This document shows, piece by piece, positions 1 to 10,200 of a stretch of DNA of 64,000 nt; the first letter of the stretch is position 1; every line of letters starts with the position of its first letter. Where the stretch lies: positions 11,862 to 75,861 of the forward strand of contig JASMLP010000135.1 of assembly GCA_030748635.1 (NCBI GenBank). The letters run 5' to 3'. The stretch is from Planctomycetota bacterium. Lineage in GTDB: Bacteria > Planctomycetota > JACQVV01 > JASMLP01. Position numbers and translations under genes: made by a program. Under the pieces are notes generated by a model. The model searched no databases. It was given only the letters and a program-made list of their open reading frames with translations, and had not been told where the DNA came from.

Positions 1-700
1 ATATAGGTTCCCAGCACCGCCCACAATTCGCGCAACTGGGTACCCGTGGCCCTCACCCTTTGAGGATGCAGCACCTCGCCATCGGCCAGAACACTCAACA
101 AGGCGACAGAACCCGCAGTGACCACAGGCCCATCGACGGGGTGTCGACAATTTCCACAACGAAATCCTCCCTCCCGGGCGGCAAGAGCGATCGGGCGGTT
201 TCCGGTCAATGCCCCCCCACAATCGACACAATTCGTCGTACGAAGGCCGGTTCCCATATCGACAAGAACTCGGGCCAGAAAAACGAGGAACACCAGGGAC
301 CCTCGTTCTCGGCTCAACTCCTTCCGCCCCAACGCTTCGAGCACCTGACTCGACAACCGATAGAGTCCTGGTGAAGGAAGATTTTCCGGTCCAACCTCCC
401 CGATCAACTCGACGACATAATAAGCTCGCCACAATCTCTTCAAGTCGTCGCGGACCCCGGAATGGATGACCAGCGGTTCCCAGTGGGAAAGAGTGCAAAG
501 CCCCCCCTTCCCCTTGGAATACCAGATCGCTTCGATCAACCAGAACAGGTCGATTCCACCTGGGCCCCGAGATTTCGTCCTTCGTTTCGCCCCCTTCAGT
601 ATGGTCCGAACCATTCCGTACCTCGGGGTGATCATCCAGACAATCTGACTCGTTTCAGAGTAATCAAATCGCCTCAAGACGATCGCTTCAGATCGAAAAA

Positions 701-2032
701 TCACTGAGGAGCAGTCGCCTCATGAGCGTGCTTCTCGACCCGAATCTTGTGGATGCGGCGCTCATCCGCCTCGACCACCGTGAATTCGATGTTCTCCTGG
801 ATCACCGTCTCGCCAACGACAGGGACTCTCCCCAGACAGAAGAAGATAAAACCTCCCACCGTATCGAATCCCTGATCCTCCGGGAGAGTGACTCCAAGAG
901 CCTCATTGAATTCATCCACATGCATTCGGGGATCCACATCGATGCACCCATCTTCATTCACCCGAAATGGAAGTTCTTCGTCGGGGTCGTACTCATCAAC
1001 AATCTCGCCCACGACCTCCTCTAAAATATCCTCGATCGTGATTAGTCCTGAAGTACCACCGTATTCATCCAGAACAATCGCGATATGAATTTTGTCTCCC
1101 TGAAATTCCTTCAAAAGAGGTCCCACTCGCTTCGTCTCGGGCACATAAAACGGCTTTCTCATGATCGACTCGACCGAAATGGTCTTCCGATCGGGACTAT
1201 CCCAATACTTCAGCAAATCCTTGACGTACAAAATGCCAACGATGTCATCCCGATTCTCACCTGACACGGGCAATCGTGAATAGCCCCCATCCAGAGTCAT
1301 GCCGATCGCTTCTTCGATCGACTGTCCAGAACGAAGAGAAACCATTTCGGTCCGAGGAGTCATGACCTCGGAAACGTCCGCATCTCCGAGTTCAATGATC
1401 CCTTCGATCATCTTTTTTTCACCTAACTCGATAATTCCCTCACGCCCCGCGTCAGCCACCGCGGTTCTCAATTCATCTTCGATTTCACTGGAAGTGAGCG
1501 GTTTCTTTCCCGCCCCCAACAGGCGAAGAATCAGATCTCCAACGACGCGAATCGGCTGAAGAAACCAGAAGGTGGTCCAGTCGATGAAAAGAATGGTCGG
1601 CATCCAGAACGCCATGATCTGCTCGCTCCGTCGTTCACCCCACTCCCGCACCACCACCCTTTTGGTGAGCAGCATCGCCAGCAAAGCCACAAACACCCCA
1701 GCGATGCGAGCCCCATAGCTTTCACCATTCCAGCTTTTCAACAGTTCCCAGACAAGAACAACAAAAGCAAAATCCGCGATCATCGAGAAGAAGGCCGTCG
1801 TAACCTGTAGGCGATCCTCCTGGGAGAGGTAGACATCCAGGTAGTCCTGCCCCCCATTGGCATCTAACCGCTCTTCCAGTCGAGTTGGTGAAAAAGCTCG
1901 CTGCGCCTCTTCAAGCAAAGCTAGACCGCAGGAGGTAGCCCACGCAGCCGCAACACCCAACACCAGAGATAAGGACGGTTCGTCCAAGTGCACTATCTCG
2001 AAAAGTTCGCCTGAAGAGAGACCAAAACACAA
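701..2032 (-). CDS. Hemolysin/CorC-family transporter protein (CNNM/DUF21 membrane domain + CBS pair + CorC_HlyC C-terminal domain)
   Basis: 443 aa ORF. Hydrophobic N-terminal segments are followed by a CBS-pair region (IIELGDADVSEVMTPRTEMVSL...YSRLPV...ILYVKDLL) and a C-terminal transporter-associated domain (EDGCIDVDPRMHVDEFNEALGV...GGFIFFCLGRVP). This layout is typical of TlyC/CorC. Confidence 0.85.
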   Translation of the reverse strand: MCFGLSSGELFEIVHLDEPSLSLVLGVAAAWATSCGLALLEEAQRAFSPTRLEERLDANGGQDYLDVYLSQEDRLQVTTAFFSMIADFAFVVLVWELLKSWNGESYGARIAGVFVALLAMLLTKRVVVREWGERRSEQIMAFWMPTILFIDWTTFWFLQPIRVVGDLILRLLGAGKKPLTSSEIEDELRTAVADAGREGIIELGEKKMIEGIIELGDADVSEVMTPRTEMVSLRSGQSIEEAIGMTLDGGYSRLPVSGENRDDIVGILYVKDLLKYWDSPDRKTISVESIMRKPFYVPETKRVGPLLKEFQGDKIHIAIVLDEYGGTSGLITIEDILEEVVGEIVDEYDPDEELPFRVNEDGCIDVDPRMHVDEFNEALGVTLPEDQGFDTVGGFIFFCLGRVPVVGETVIQENIEFTVVEADERRIHKIRVEKHAHEATAPQ

Positions 2033-2059
2033 TCGTTTGCGTAATTCGTCATCTCAAAA

Positions 2060-2389
2060 TCAATTCTGCCCAAAAGGGACAACTCCCACTCCGAGCGCCA
2101 GATCAAAAAGCCGACGATGCGCCAACGGATCCTTCTCGTAGGAGAGCTTACATTTTCGGCAAAGATCAAACCGGAAATTCTTGTACATATCCTCGACGAT
2201 TTCGTCAGATCCAACGCTATCAATCATTTGTATCAGTTGATGTAGTTCTTCGTCCAACTCTTCTGCCGTTATGATCTCTGCATGCTCCACCGGATTACAA
2301 GCCGCTTTGATCTCAATCGTAACCTCATAGCGGACATCGTCAACAGATCGCATGGCCTTGCCACAACAATCACACGTGTAATGGATCAT
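2060..2389 (-). CDS. Small acidic hypothetical protein with two CxxC pairs (putative zinc ribbon)
   Basis: 109 aa ORF carrying CDCCGK near the N-terminus and CRKCK near the C-terminus, with an acidic middle. No family recognised. Confidence 0.4.
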   Translation of the reverse strand: MIHYTCDCCGKAMRSVDDVRYEVTIEIKAACNPVEHAEIITAEELDEELHQLIQMIDSVGSDEIVEDMYKNFRFDLCRKCKLSYEKDPLAHRRLFDLALGVGVVPFGQN

Positions 2390-2488
2390 CGCTCCTCACC
2401 TAACCGTGGCCGAATTTCCCCCGTCAAAACAGTCAGAACGGTTATCACCCCTCCGAATAACGTAAAAAAAGTATAACATCCTCCAGGA

Positions 2489-4003
2489 ATGACGACAAAC
2501 TTACCTGCAACCGAAAACGTCTTTCCGCCCCGAACTCAAACCCTTTTTCTGGCCCTCATCTTGTTGCTGGCCATCGGTCCCCGTCTTCTCCATCTCGATC
2601 ACGCGAGTTTGTGGCTTGACGAGGTGATGAGTGTCCTGCGCGCCCGCCCCACCCCCAAAGCCGGAGCCGGCGATGTCATCCAGGCGGTCGCCAAACACGA
2701 CGCTCATCCCCCCCTCTACTACTTGCTTCTGCATCCGTTCATCCAAAAGGATGAGCATGCCCGCTCCCCTTTCATGATCCGACTCCCCTCCGCTTTAGTG
2801 GGTATCCTGTCGGTCTCGATCTTCTTTGCGATCGCACGCATCGGATTGCCTCCCCCGTGGGCCTTTTGGGCTACTTTACTTTTCGCCAGCAACGCATTTC
2901 AGATCTATTTTTCTCGTGAAGCGCGCCACTATGTCCTGGCAACTTTCCTGATTCTCCTGGCACAGTTCGCCTTCCTGATGGCCATGCAAAAACCCAGAGC
3001 CCGTGGATTTTGGATTCTGTACGGACTCAGCATCACTCTTGCAGGGTATACCTTCTACTACACCCTGTTCTTACCCTTTTGCCACCTCCTCACCTGCATC
3101 CAAAAACCGGAATGGCGTTCCCGGCTACGGCCGCTGATCTCCACCTGGACCAGTTCGGCATTCCTCCTCCTTCCGTGGATAGGAACCGTAACCTTGAATC
3201 GCCTGGAACTGGCCAAGGAATCTGCCGTTGGCTGGTCATTTCCTTACCACACCTGGTCTCTTCCAGAGGCCTTTCTTCAGTTTTTCACCTCACCAACGTG
3301 GGAAGTTCAAAACCACGTGGGACTTCAATGCATGGCCCTCGCTCTCTCTCTTCTTCTCTTGAGTAGCGCGATCACCGCTCTGAGGCTTCGTCCAATATTC
3401 GGAGTATCAACCGTTTTGTGGGCATTCCTCCCGCTCGCGCTGATTGTCCTCATCCCTGTGCAAGGACATCAGTTCGACTCCAAACATCTCGCATTCACAG
3501 CTCCCGCCCACATCCTTCTGGTCTGCGCCCTCCTGTCAAAATCCCCCTCACGACTCTTCGCATCATTTCTTTTTGTCACCCTTCTTCTCCTCAATGTAAT
3601 CAGTAGCTCTGAACTCCTCTCCCCTTCGTTCGAGAAAGAAGACTGGAATCGAGTCGCGGAATACATTTATGAGGAAGAAAAATCGAGTTTTGCCATCACC
3701 ACAGCTCCGGATTATCTGCTCCACCCACTAGGCCACGCACTTCGCCGAAACATCCACCTCCAGGATTCCAGACCCGAGACTCGGATTCCGCTCTTGCTCC
3801 GTCCAGACGATCCGAGACTTTCTCAGCGTCCCCAGATTCTGGTCCTGGCCACCCCATTCAGCCCAGTCGCTCCCCTCTCACCCTGGATCGATGAACTTCA
3901 CTCTCGACTGTCCGCCTCCCACCGACTGGTTCAGCGTCAGGAGATCCCAGCCAATCGAAAAGAAGGCTTCATCCACCTTTTCACCTGGACCAAGAAACCG
4001 TGA
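2489..4003 (+). CDS. Integral-membrane glycosyltransferase, ArnT/PMT-like (GT39/GT83-type, undecaprenyl-phosphate-sugar dependent)
   Basis: 504 aa polytopic membrane protein with many hydrophobic helices. The N-terminal loop with LWLDEVMS resembles the PMT_2/ArnT family. The stop overlaps the start of the next, paralogous gene (4000/4003). Confidence 0.55.
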   Translation: MTTNLPATENVFPPRTQTLFLALILLLAIGPRLLHLDHASLWLDEVMSVLRARPTPKAGAGDVIQAVAKHDAHPPLYYLLLHPFIQKDEHARSPFMIRLPSALVGILSVSIFFAIARIGLPPPWAFWATLLFASNAFQIYFSREARHYVLATFLILLAQFAFLMAMQKPRARGFWILYGLSITLAGYTFYYTLFLPFCHLLTCIQKPEWRSRLRPLISTWTSSAFLLLPWIGTVTLNRLELAKESAVGWSFPYHTWSLPEAFLQFFTSPTWEVQNHVGLQCMALALSLLLLSSAITALRLRPIFGVSTVLWAFLPLALIVLIPVQGHQFDSKHLAFTAPAHILLVCALLSKSPSRLFASFLFVTLLLLNVISSSELLSPSFEKEDWNRVAEYIYEEEKSSFAITTAPDYLLHPLGHALRRNIHLQDSRPETRIPLLLRPDDPRLSQRPQILVLATPFSPVAPLSPWIDELHSRLSASHRLVQRQEIPANRKEGFIHLFTWTKKP

Positions 4004-5694
4004 CAGGCCGATCCCAAAAACGTGAAAAGATGATTCACTACCTGGGGATCTTGATATCCGCTCTGACCGTGCGTGTCTTCACAGCGCATGCCCGTCTTGT
4101 TGTCCCGGAAGATTCGGTTCATTACATCGACCTGGCACGGGATGTCACTGAAAACGGTTTGGGCCCCCTTCTCTCCCACTCCTCTCACCCTCTCTATCCG
4201 TTGCTTCTGGCGGGTACCCAGTGGGTCACTGGCGACTTTCTACTTGCGGGCCGAATCCTGGGAATCGTTCTCGGAGTTCTCGTGGTTCTATCCATAACAG
4301 CCAGCACACGTCTGCTCTTTGGAAGTACCGCCAGCTTCTTTGTCGGTATGTTTGCCGCCCTTTCTCCTTATCTCGCCAGGCAAGCTGGCGAGATACTTCC
4401 GGAACAACTCTCCGTCGCGTCGGCGTCCCTGGCCCTATATTTCGTTCTTCGAGCAGAGCGGAAACACTCCCTCATCTTCGCAGGACTAGCCGGCATCTTC
4501 TCGGGCCTATTCTTTCTCACCCGTCCGGAAGGTCTGATTTTCCCATTCGGACTTGCTCTGGGACTCTCCATCCCCTTCATTCGAACTCGATCTTGTCAAC
4601 AGAATCTGCTGCCGCCGCTGTCCCTTCTTCTTGGATTCACCTTGGTCGCCAGCCCTTACTGGATCGCTCTCAGTCTCGACAATGGATACCCCACACTCTC
4701 TCGTCGAAAGATCGAACGCATTTTCAGCACCTATCGGTTTCAAGATCAGATGAGTCCCCCGGTACGAGCTTTCCCCGAACCCCGCCCCGCCCCACCACCG
4801 TGGTATCAACGAGAGCAACACCTTCTCTCCAGGTTGAGACATCTCCTCAAGCCTTCGACTCCCGGTTCCGCCCGAAGTGATCCCTCGGTTTGGCTCCTAT
4901 CGACCCCCACTGGTCCGCTCATTCATTACCCAGGAAAACAGGTCAAACAAACCATCCACTCCACTCTTTTACAGAGTCGCCATCAGAGGAAAAAGACTTT
5001 CGAATTACCCAAAACGATTTTTGAAGCCTGTCACCCCATTCTTTTCCTGCTAGGCTTATGGGGCCTTTGGGGGGCGCTTCGAGGAAATTGGCCAGCTGGG
5101 CGGTCCGTCCTGATCACCTCGATTGGCCTCCAGATCCTCCTCCTGTCCATGGTCAATTTTCAGCAAGGTTATCTATCCCGACGACACGCTCTGGTCTTTG
5201 CCGTCATCTTCTTGCCTTGGTCCGGGATCGCTTTCCAGAAAGGTGTTCGAAGGATCTTTTCTTCTCTGAATTTCCCACGTCCTCGAAAAGCGCTCTGGAT
5301 CTCCTTCGCGCTCGTCCTGGCCATCCTCAGCGGAAAAACCCTGAAGGTAAAGGGAACGAGTAACCTCTCGGAACGCCGGGTGGGTGAATGGATCGCGACC
5401 CACTCCCCGAACCAGAAGCTGTTAACCAATGTCACACGAGTTGCCCTCTATGCCAAATGCCCCTACGAACGACTCCCCACGCAAGGGGGGTATGCTCAAC
5501 TTCTCCGGATCTGTCTGGAAAAGGAGATCGACCTGATTGCGGTGGCGGGAGAAGGGTATTTCCTCATTGAAAGACTCGTATCATTCCAGTGGTTGATTCC
5601 GATCGATACCGAATCTTCCCCTCCCGGCGAGAGAGGAAAGCCGGTACACCTCTATCGGGTTCGTTTCCCAACCCAAACCGACAGAGGATCCTAA
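4000..5694 (+). CDS. Second ArnT/PMT-like integral-membrane glycosyltransferase (paralog of upstream gene)
   Basis: 564 aa polytopic membrane protein. The first periplasmic loop carries EDSVHYIDLARDV, the conserved acidic loop typical of PMT_2/ArnT-family GT-C enzymes. It is translationally coupled to the upstream paralog. Confidence 0.6.
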   Translation: MTGRSQKREKMIHYLGILISALTVRVFTAHARLVVPEDSVHYIDLARDVTENGLGPLLSHSSHPLYPLLLAGTQWVTGDFLLAGRILGIVLGVLVVLSITASTRLLFGSTASFFVGMFAALSPYLARQAGEILPEQLSVASASLALYFVLRAERKHSLIFAGLAGIFSGLFFLTRPEGLIFPFGLALGLSIPFIRTRSCQQNLLPPLSLLLGFTLVASPYWIALSLDNGYPTLSRRKIERIFSTYRFQDQMSPPVRAFPEPRPAPPPWYQREQHLLSRLRHLLKPSTPGSARSDPSVWLLSTPTGPLIHYPGKQVKQTIHSTLLQSRHQRKKTFELPKTIFEACHPILFLLGLWGLWGALRGNWPAGRSVLITSIGLQILLLSMVNFQQGYLSRRHALVFAVIFLPWSGIAFQKGVRRIFSSLNFPRPRKALWISFALVLAILSGKTLKVKGTSNLSERRVGEWIATHSPNQKLLTNVTRVALYAKCPYERLPTQGGYAQLLRICLEKEIDLIAVAGEGYFLIERLVSFQWLIPIDTESSPPGERGKPVHLYRVRFPTQTDRGS

Positions 5695-5759
5695 AAGACA
5701 CGAAACCTCTGGAGAAAAGAAGTTGAATTCACCCTTGCGCAGGGGATAAATAACAATCG

Positions 5760-6536
5760 ATGTCACCCCACCCCTCACCACTTCCCCGCCATGTTGCGGT
5801 CATCATGGACGGAAACGGCCGCTGGGCACAAAACCGCGGCCTCCCCCGACTCGCTGGCCACGAACGAGGAGCTCGTAGTGTACGCAAAGCGGTGGAACTG
5901 CACCGAGAGTTGGAGATTCCTTACCTGACACTCTATGCCTTCAGCACCGAAAACTGGAAACGCCCGGACCAAGAAGTCCTTGGGCTGATGGATCTGTTAG
6001 CTCACTGGGCCGAGTCCGAACGCCAGGAACTCATCGACCAGCAGATTTCGATGCACCTTATCGGTGAACCTCACCGCCTCTCTCCTCACGCCCTCTGTTC
6101 TCTCAACGAAACCGTGCGAGCCACAAAACGCCCGGATCCCATCACCACCTTGACGCTGGCTCTCAGTTACGGAGGACGCTCCGAAATCACCCGCGCAGCC
6201 GCTTCGATCTCTGAACAGGTTCAGTCCGGAAACCTCCGTCCCGAAGATCTTCAGGGTCCTGAAGGCGAACAGTTGTTCTCGTCCTTTCTGGACACCGCGC
6301 CTCTGCCCGACCCTGATCTGGTCATCCGTACCGGTGGAGATATCCGGATTTCCAACTTCTTGCTCTTTCAATCCGCTTACAGTGAGTGGTTCTTCCGACC
6401 AGAACCCTGGCCATCATTCGGCAAACACCACTTCCTGGAGTGTTTCGAGGAGATGGCTCAAAGAGTCCGGAGATTCGGCCAGACAGACGACCAGCTACTC
6501 CTCTCCACCGAACCTGAAACTCCTCCCAGTCCGTAG
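5760..6536 (+). CDS. uppS: Undecaprenyl-diphosphate synthase (isoprenyl transferase)
   Basis: Hallmark motifs are present: HVAVIMDGNGRWA, YAFSTENWKRP, RTGGDIRISNFLLFQ. Confidence 0.9.
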   Translation: MSPHPSPLPRHVAVIMDGNGRWAQNRGLPRLAGHERGARSVRKAVELHRELEIPYLTLYAFSTENWKRPDQEVLGLMDLLAHWAESERQELIDQQISMHLIGEPHRLSPHALCSLNETVRATKRPDPITTLTLALSYGGRSEITRAAASISEQVQSGNLRPEDLQGPEGEQLFSSFLDTAPLPDPDLVIRTGGDIRISNFLLFQSAYSEWFFRPEPWPSFGKHHFLECFEEMAQRVRRFGQTDDQLLLSTEPETPPSP

Positions 6537-6583
6537 CGATACGTCCGGCTACAAGATTATTCCCACATTTCAGGATCGCGACT

Positions 6584-6916
6584 TCAGGAGACAGAAGATC
6601 CGTTGGCCAACGGTTTGTCAGGCGCCAGCAAAGCGATGGTCCCTTCAGGATCGGAAGCGGCCAGGAGCATACCCTGCGACTCGACCCCTCGAATCACCGC
6701 CGGTTCCAAATTCACCACGACCACGATCTGCCTACCCAGGAGGGAATCGGGCTCATATTGCCCCCCAATACCGGCAACTAGCTGACGAGAAGACTCTCCC
6801 AGATCTATTTCCAGCCGTAACAATCGGTCTGTTCCCGGCACCCTCTCCGCAGCCTGAATCGTGGCAACCCGAAGAGAAACTTTTCCGAATTCTTCAAAAC
6901 TAATCGCTGTGGACAC
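6584..6916 (-). CDS. Stand-alone tRNA-binding domain protein (CsaA / Myf / MetRS C-terminal-like)
   Basis: The C-terminal 110 aa of the 284-aa ORF (ISFEEFGKVSLRVATIQAAERVPGTDRLLRLEIDLGE...VVVVNLEPAVIRGVESQGMLLAA...LLAPDKPLANGSSVS) match the CsaA/EMAP-II fold motifs. I place the start at a GTG at 6916, preceded by AGGAGG 5 nt upstream. The N-terminal extension of the computed ORF is low-complexity and I reject it. Confidence 0.75.
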   Translation of the reverse strand: MSTAISFEEFGKVSLRVATIQAAERVPGTDRLLRLEIDLGESSRQLVAGIGGQYEPDSLLGRQIVVVVNLEPAVIRGVESQGMLLAASDPEGTIALLAPDKPLANGSSVS

Positions 6917-7206
6917 GAGATCCTCCTGTATCAATGATTCCACCGGACAAGAGAATACGAATCGACCCACCTCGATACAACACACGACTCGGCAGGAGTA
7001 TTGGACAAACCGATTTTCGAACGCATTTCCTTCGTACCAGACATTCTCATCAAAACAGCCCTTCGGTGGGAAATTCGACTCCTCCTCGAATTTTGACAGC
7101 CATAGACGCCACCGATACACTGACCCTTCACATTCCACCCGAAACATGACGGTGGTAGTCATCGATTTCACTCGTCCCAAGGGTCTCCTCGACTCCAGGC
7201 AATACG

Positions 7207-10200
7207 ATGTCCGACCCTTCGAAAACCGAATCATCCAGCACTCGATCGACGGTCCCTCCTCACCAGGATCAGCGATTTGAAAAAATTGTTTTACGGAACG
7301 ATCTCCTGAGTCCGGAAACACTAGGTGAAGCTCGCACTCGGTGGAACAAGCAGTGCCGTAACGGCTCGACCCAGTCCTTTCCTGAGATGCTTGTCGCCGA
7401 GGGACATATAACCACCAAGCAAGCCGCAGCCATTTCAAAGCGCCTGGTACGCCAGATCGCTGGTTACGTCCTGCTCGACAAGATCGGTGTTGGAGGCATG
7501 GGAGCCGTCTATCGAGCGGAACAAAAAAGCCTGGACAAGGTTGTGGCTCTCAAAATCCTTCCTGCCAAACTCGCCGCTGATGAGGATTTCATCAAACGGT
7601 TCGAGCGGGAAGCTCAATCCCTGGCGAAACTCAACCATCCTCATATCGTCCAGGCAATCGACTTTGGCAAAGACAAGGGCCTCTACTACATTTCGATGGA
7701 ATATGTTCCCGGCCAGAGCCTTCTCGACCTGATGAAGAGAGAGAACAAACTTTCCGAAATTCGTGCACTCGAGATCGCGCTTCAAATCGCGATGGCCCTC
7801 GAACATGCATGCGAACACGGCGTGATACATCGGGACATCAAACCGGAGAATATTCTGCTGACCGAGGAGGGAGATGCAAAAATCACCGACTTCGGACTCG
7901 CCAAGGAACCGGAAGCGGGAAACAACGCATTCCGAACAACCGCAGGCCTGACCTTCGGCACCCCCCACTACATGTCACCGGAGCAGGCGGAAGGCCTACC
8001 CGACCTAGACACCCGATCAGACATCTATTCTCTCGGCGCAACTCTCTACCACATGTTGACCGGCAAAACCCCTTTTCGCGGGGATAGCGACGCCGAAATC
8101 ATGACCATGCACCTCGACGCCGAACCCGATGACCCGAGACTGTACTGCCCGGATCTATCCAGCCCGACCGCTACGATGCTCCGCAAAATGATGGCCAAAC
8201 GTCCACGATCTCGTTACCAGCATCCTCATGAAGTATCGCAAAGCATTTTGAAAATTCTTAGCGATGAATTCTCCAGCAGTCAACTCGATCTTCTTACTCG
8301 GCTTCCTTCAGCCACCGGAAAATCTTCCAAGCGCATCCTCCCCACGACCCTCTCCGATTCCAGAAAACCGATTCCCCCTCAACTCACTCTGGCCCTCGCA
8401 GGCGTCATCCTGGCAGGTGTACTTGCAATCGTAATTTTCTCCAACCGATCAACCCCTCCCCCCCCCTCCCCGACTCCTCCTCCCCCCCTCCCATCTGCTC
8501 CCTTGATCGGCATCAATCCGGAATCTCAGGATTTAACTCCTCAAGAACTTCAGGAACGAAATGCCCAAGATCTGTGGAAGCAATACCAAGCCGAGATCAA
8601 AAACTCGCGAGATCACCCTCAACATTCGCTCGAGATCTTGGACCAGATCGTAAAGCTCCATCCAGGACGCTGGGCCGACCAAGCACTTCAAGAAAAGAAG
8701 AGCCTCCTGAGTCAGATAAAATCGGACCAGGCGTTACAACCCCTTACCGCCCGGACGAACACCCTGATCAAGCAACACCAATACGCGAAAGCGATTCACT
8801 TGCTTGGCAGTTTCCAGAAGCAATACCCAGGAACTCCGGCGTCCGAAACTGCCAGCCAACGTATTCTGGAAATCAGATCCTTCTGGAACCGAAGTATCGA
8901 TGAATGGCTCGAGAAAGCCCGCGAATCAGAAAGCAAGGGGGATCTGCAGAATGCGCTGTCGCTCTATGCGCTCCTCGAAATACACGGAAATGCCGAAGGC
9001 CAATCCCTCGGCAAGGCCAACCGTTTGCGGATTCAAACGCTTCGAAATACGCCCAAAAAGAATCCCCTCCAGAAGGAACCTCCAAAACCTTCACGCGGCC
9101 AACCCGACCCCGGCCCCCTCTACGCCAAACTCGTCAACGCTCTCCTCGAGCCCGTTCGATCCCGGAAATACAACGGTGCCCTCCAATTCCTTCAAAGTAT
9201 CGAGGCCGACAGCAACCGAACGCCAGAACACCCGGCCGCCTCCCAACTCCACCAGGACCTCACCAGCATCCAGTCCGTTCTGGAAAAAGCCTCCGAAGCG
9301 TTAAAAAACAACGCCCCCCCTTCTCGAGCTTTTTACATCGATGGTTCTCGCCGCATCCTGGATTCCTTCCGAGACAACCGACTTCACTGGCAACGAAAAT
9401 CACTACCTACCCCCTTATCCGAGCTTCCCACCCGCTACCTCGCGGAACTCGCCGAAACCGGAGGAGCGTCTCCGAAAAGCCTTGGACTCTTCTTGATAGC
9501 CGAAGGCGTTTCGGAAGTCGGACAAGAGATGCTCGAGAAGGCTCAGGTCCCCCAAGCGGAAAAGTCCTGGCGGATTCGTGACTGGTGCGCCCTTCGAGAC
9601 CGCAATCATCCTCGTGAAACCGAAGCGGCCGAGATCGTCCGCTCTCTGCGCAAATCTATCCAGAAGAATTCGTGGAAAGCTTCTCGCCCTCCGATGAGGC
9701 TGATCCGAACCCAATATGCCGACACTTATACAGCGACCCGAGAAGGCGCAGAACTCTGGGATCTTTATCTCGAAATGGGCGCGAAATTATATCCGGTAAA
9801 AAAATTCTTCTCCGGCTCGACCACACAAACGAATCAATCCGTCAAGATCCAGTACCTCTTCACCAAGGAGAACCACCGCCAGGACTGGCGATCAATAGGA
9901 GGAAAAACCTGGACTCCGAGCCCCAAAGGCTGGCACGGAAAAGGAAAGATCCTGCTGCAAAGAGGACACTGGAAAGAAGTTCTGGTCAGTGCGCGCTGGG
10001 AAGCTCACCCCAACCGTGGAGCCGCAAGCATTCTCTTTGGATGGCAAGATCCGGAAAACTACTACTTTTTCGGTCCCCAGTACGATAACCAGAAACTGAA
10101 CACATCACATTTCCACTACGATGAGAACGTTGACAAGTCCATCCCGAAACCTCTGAAAGGCCGCACAACCCAGAAACCTTTCCGAGGATTATTCCCCAGC

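Noticed and set aside
1-700. Stop-free frame of ~390 nt on the minus strand (and several short plus-strand ORFs) at the window start
   Set aside because: The translation is Gly/Arg/Pro-rich, has no Met or credible start, no RBS and no recognisable motif. It looks like the spurious open frames common in GC-rich DNA. The region is left unassigned, possibly the 5' UTR/promoter of the CorC gene or an untranslated spacer.
6917-7438. N-terminal ~170 aa of the 284-aa ORF 6584..7438
   Set aside because: Low-complexity, Trp/Arg-rich and without homology. The conserved CsaA domain begins at a GTG with a strong SD at 6916, so the extension is treated as non-coding.
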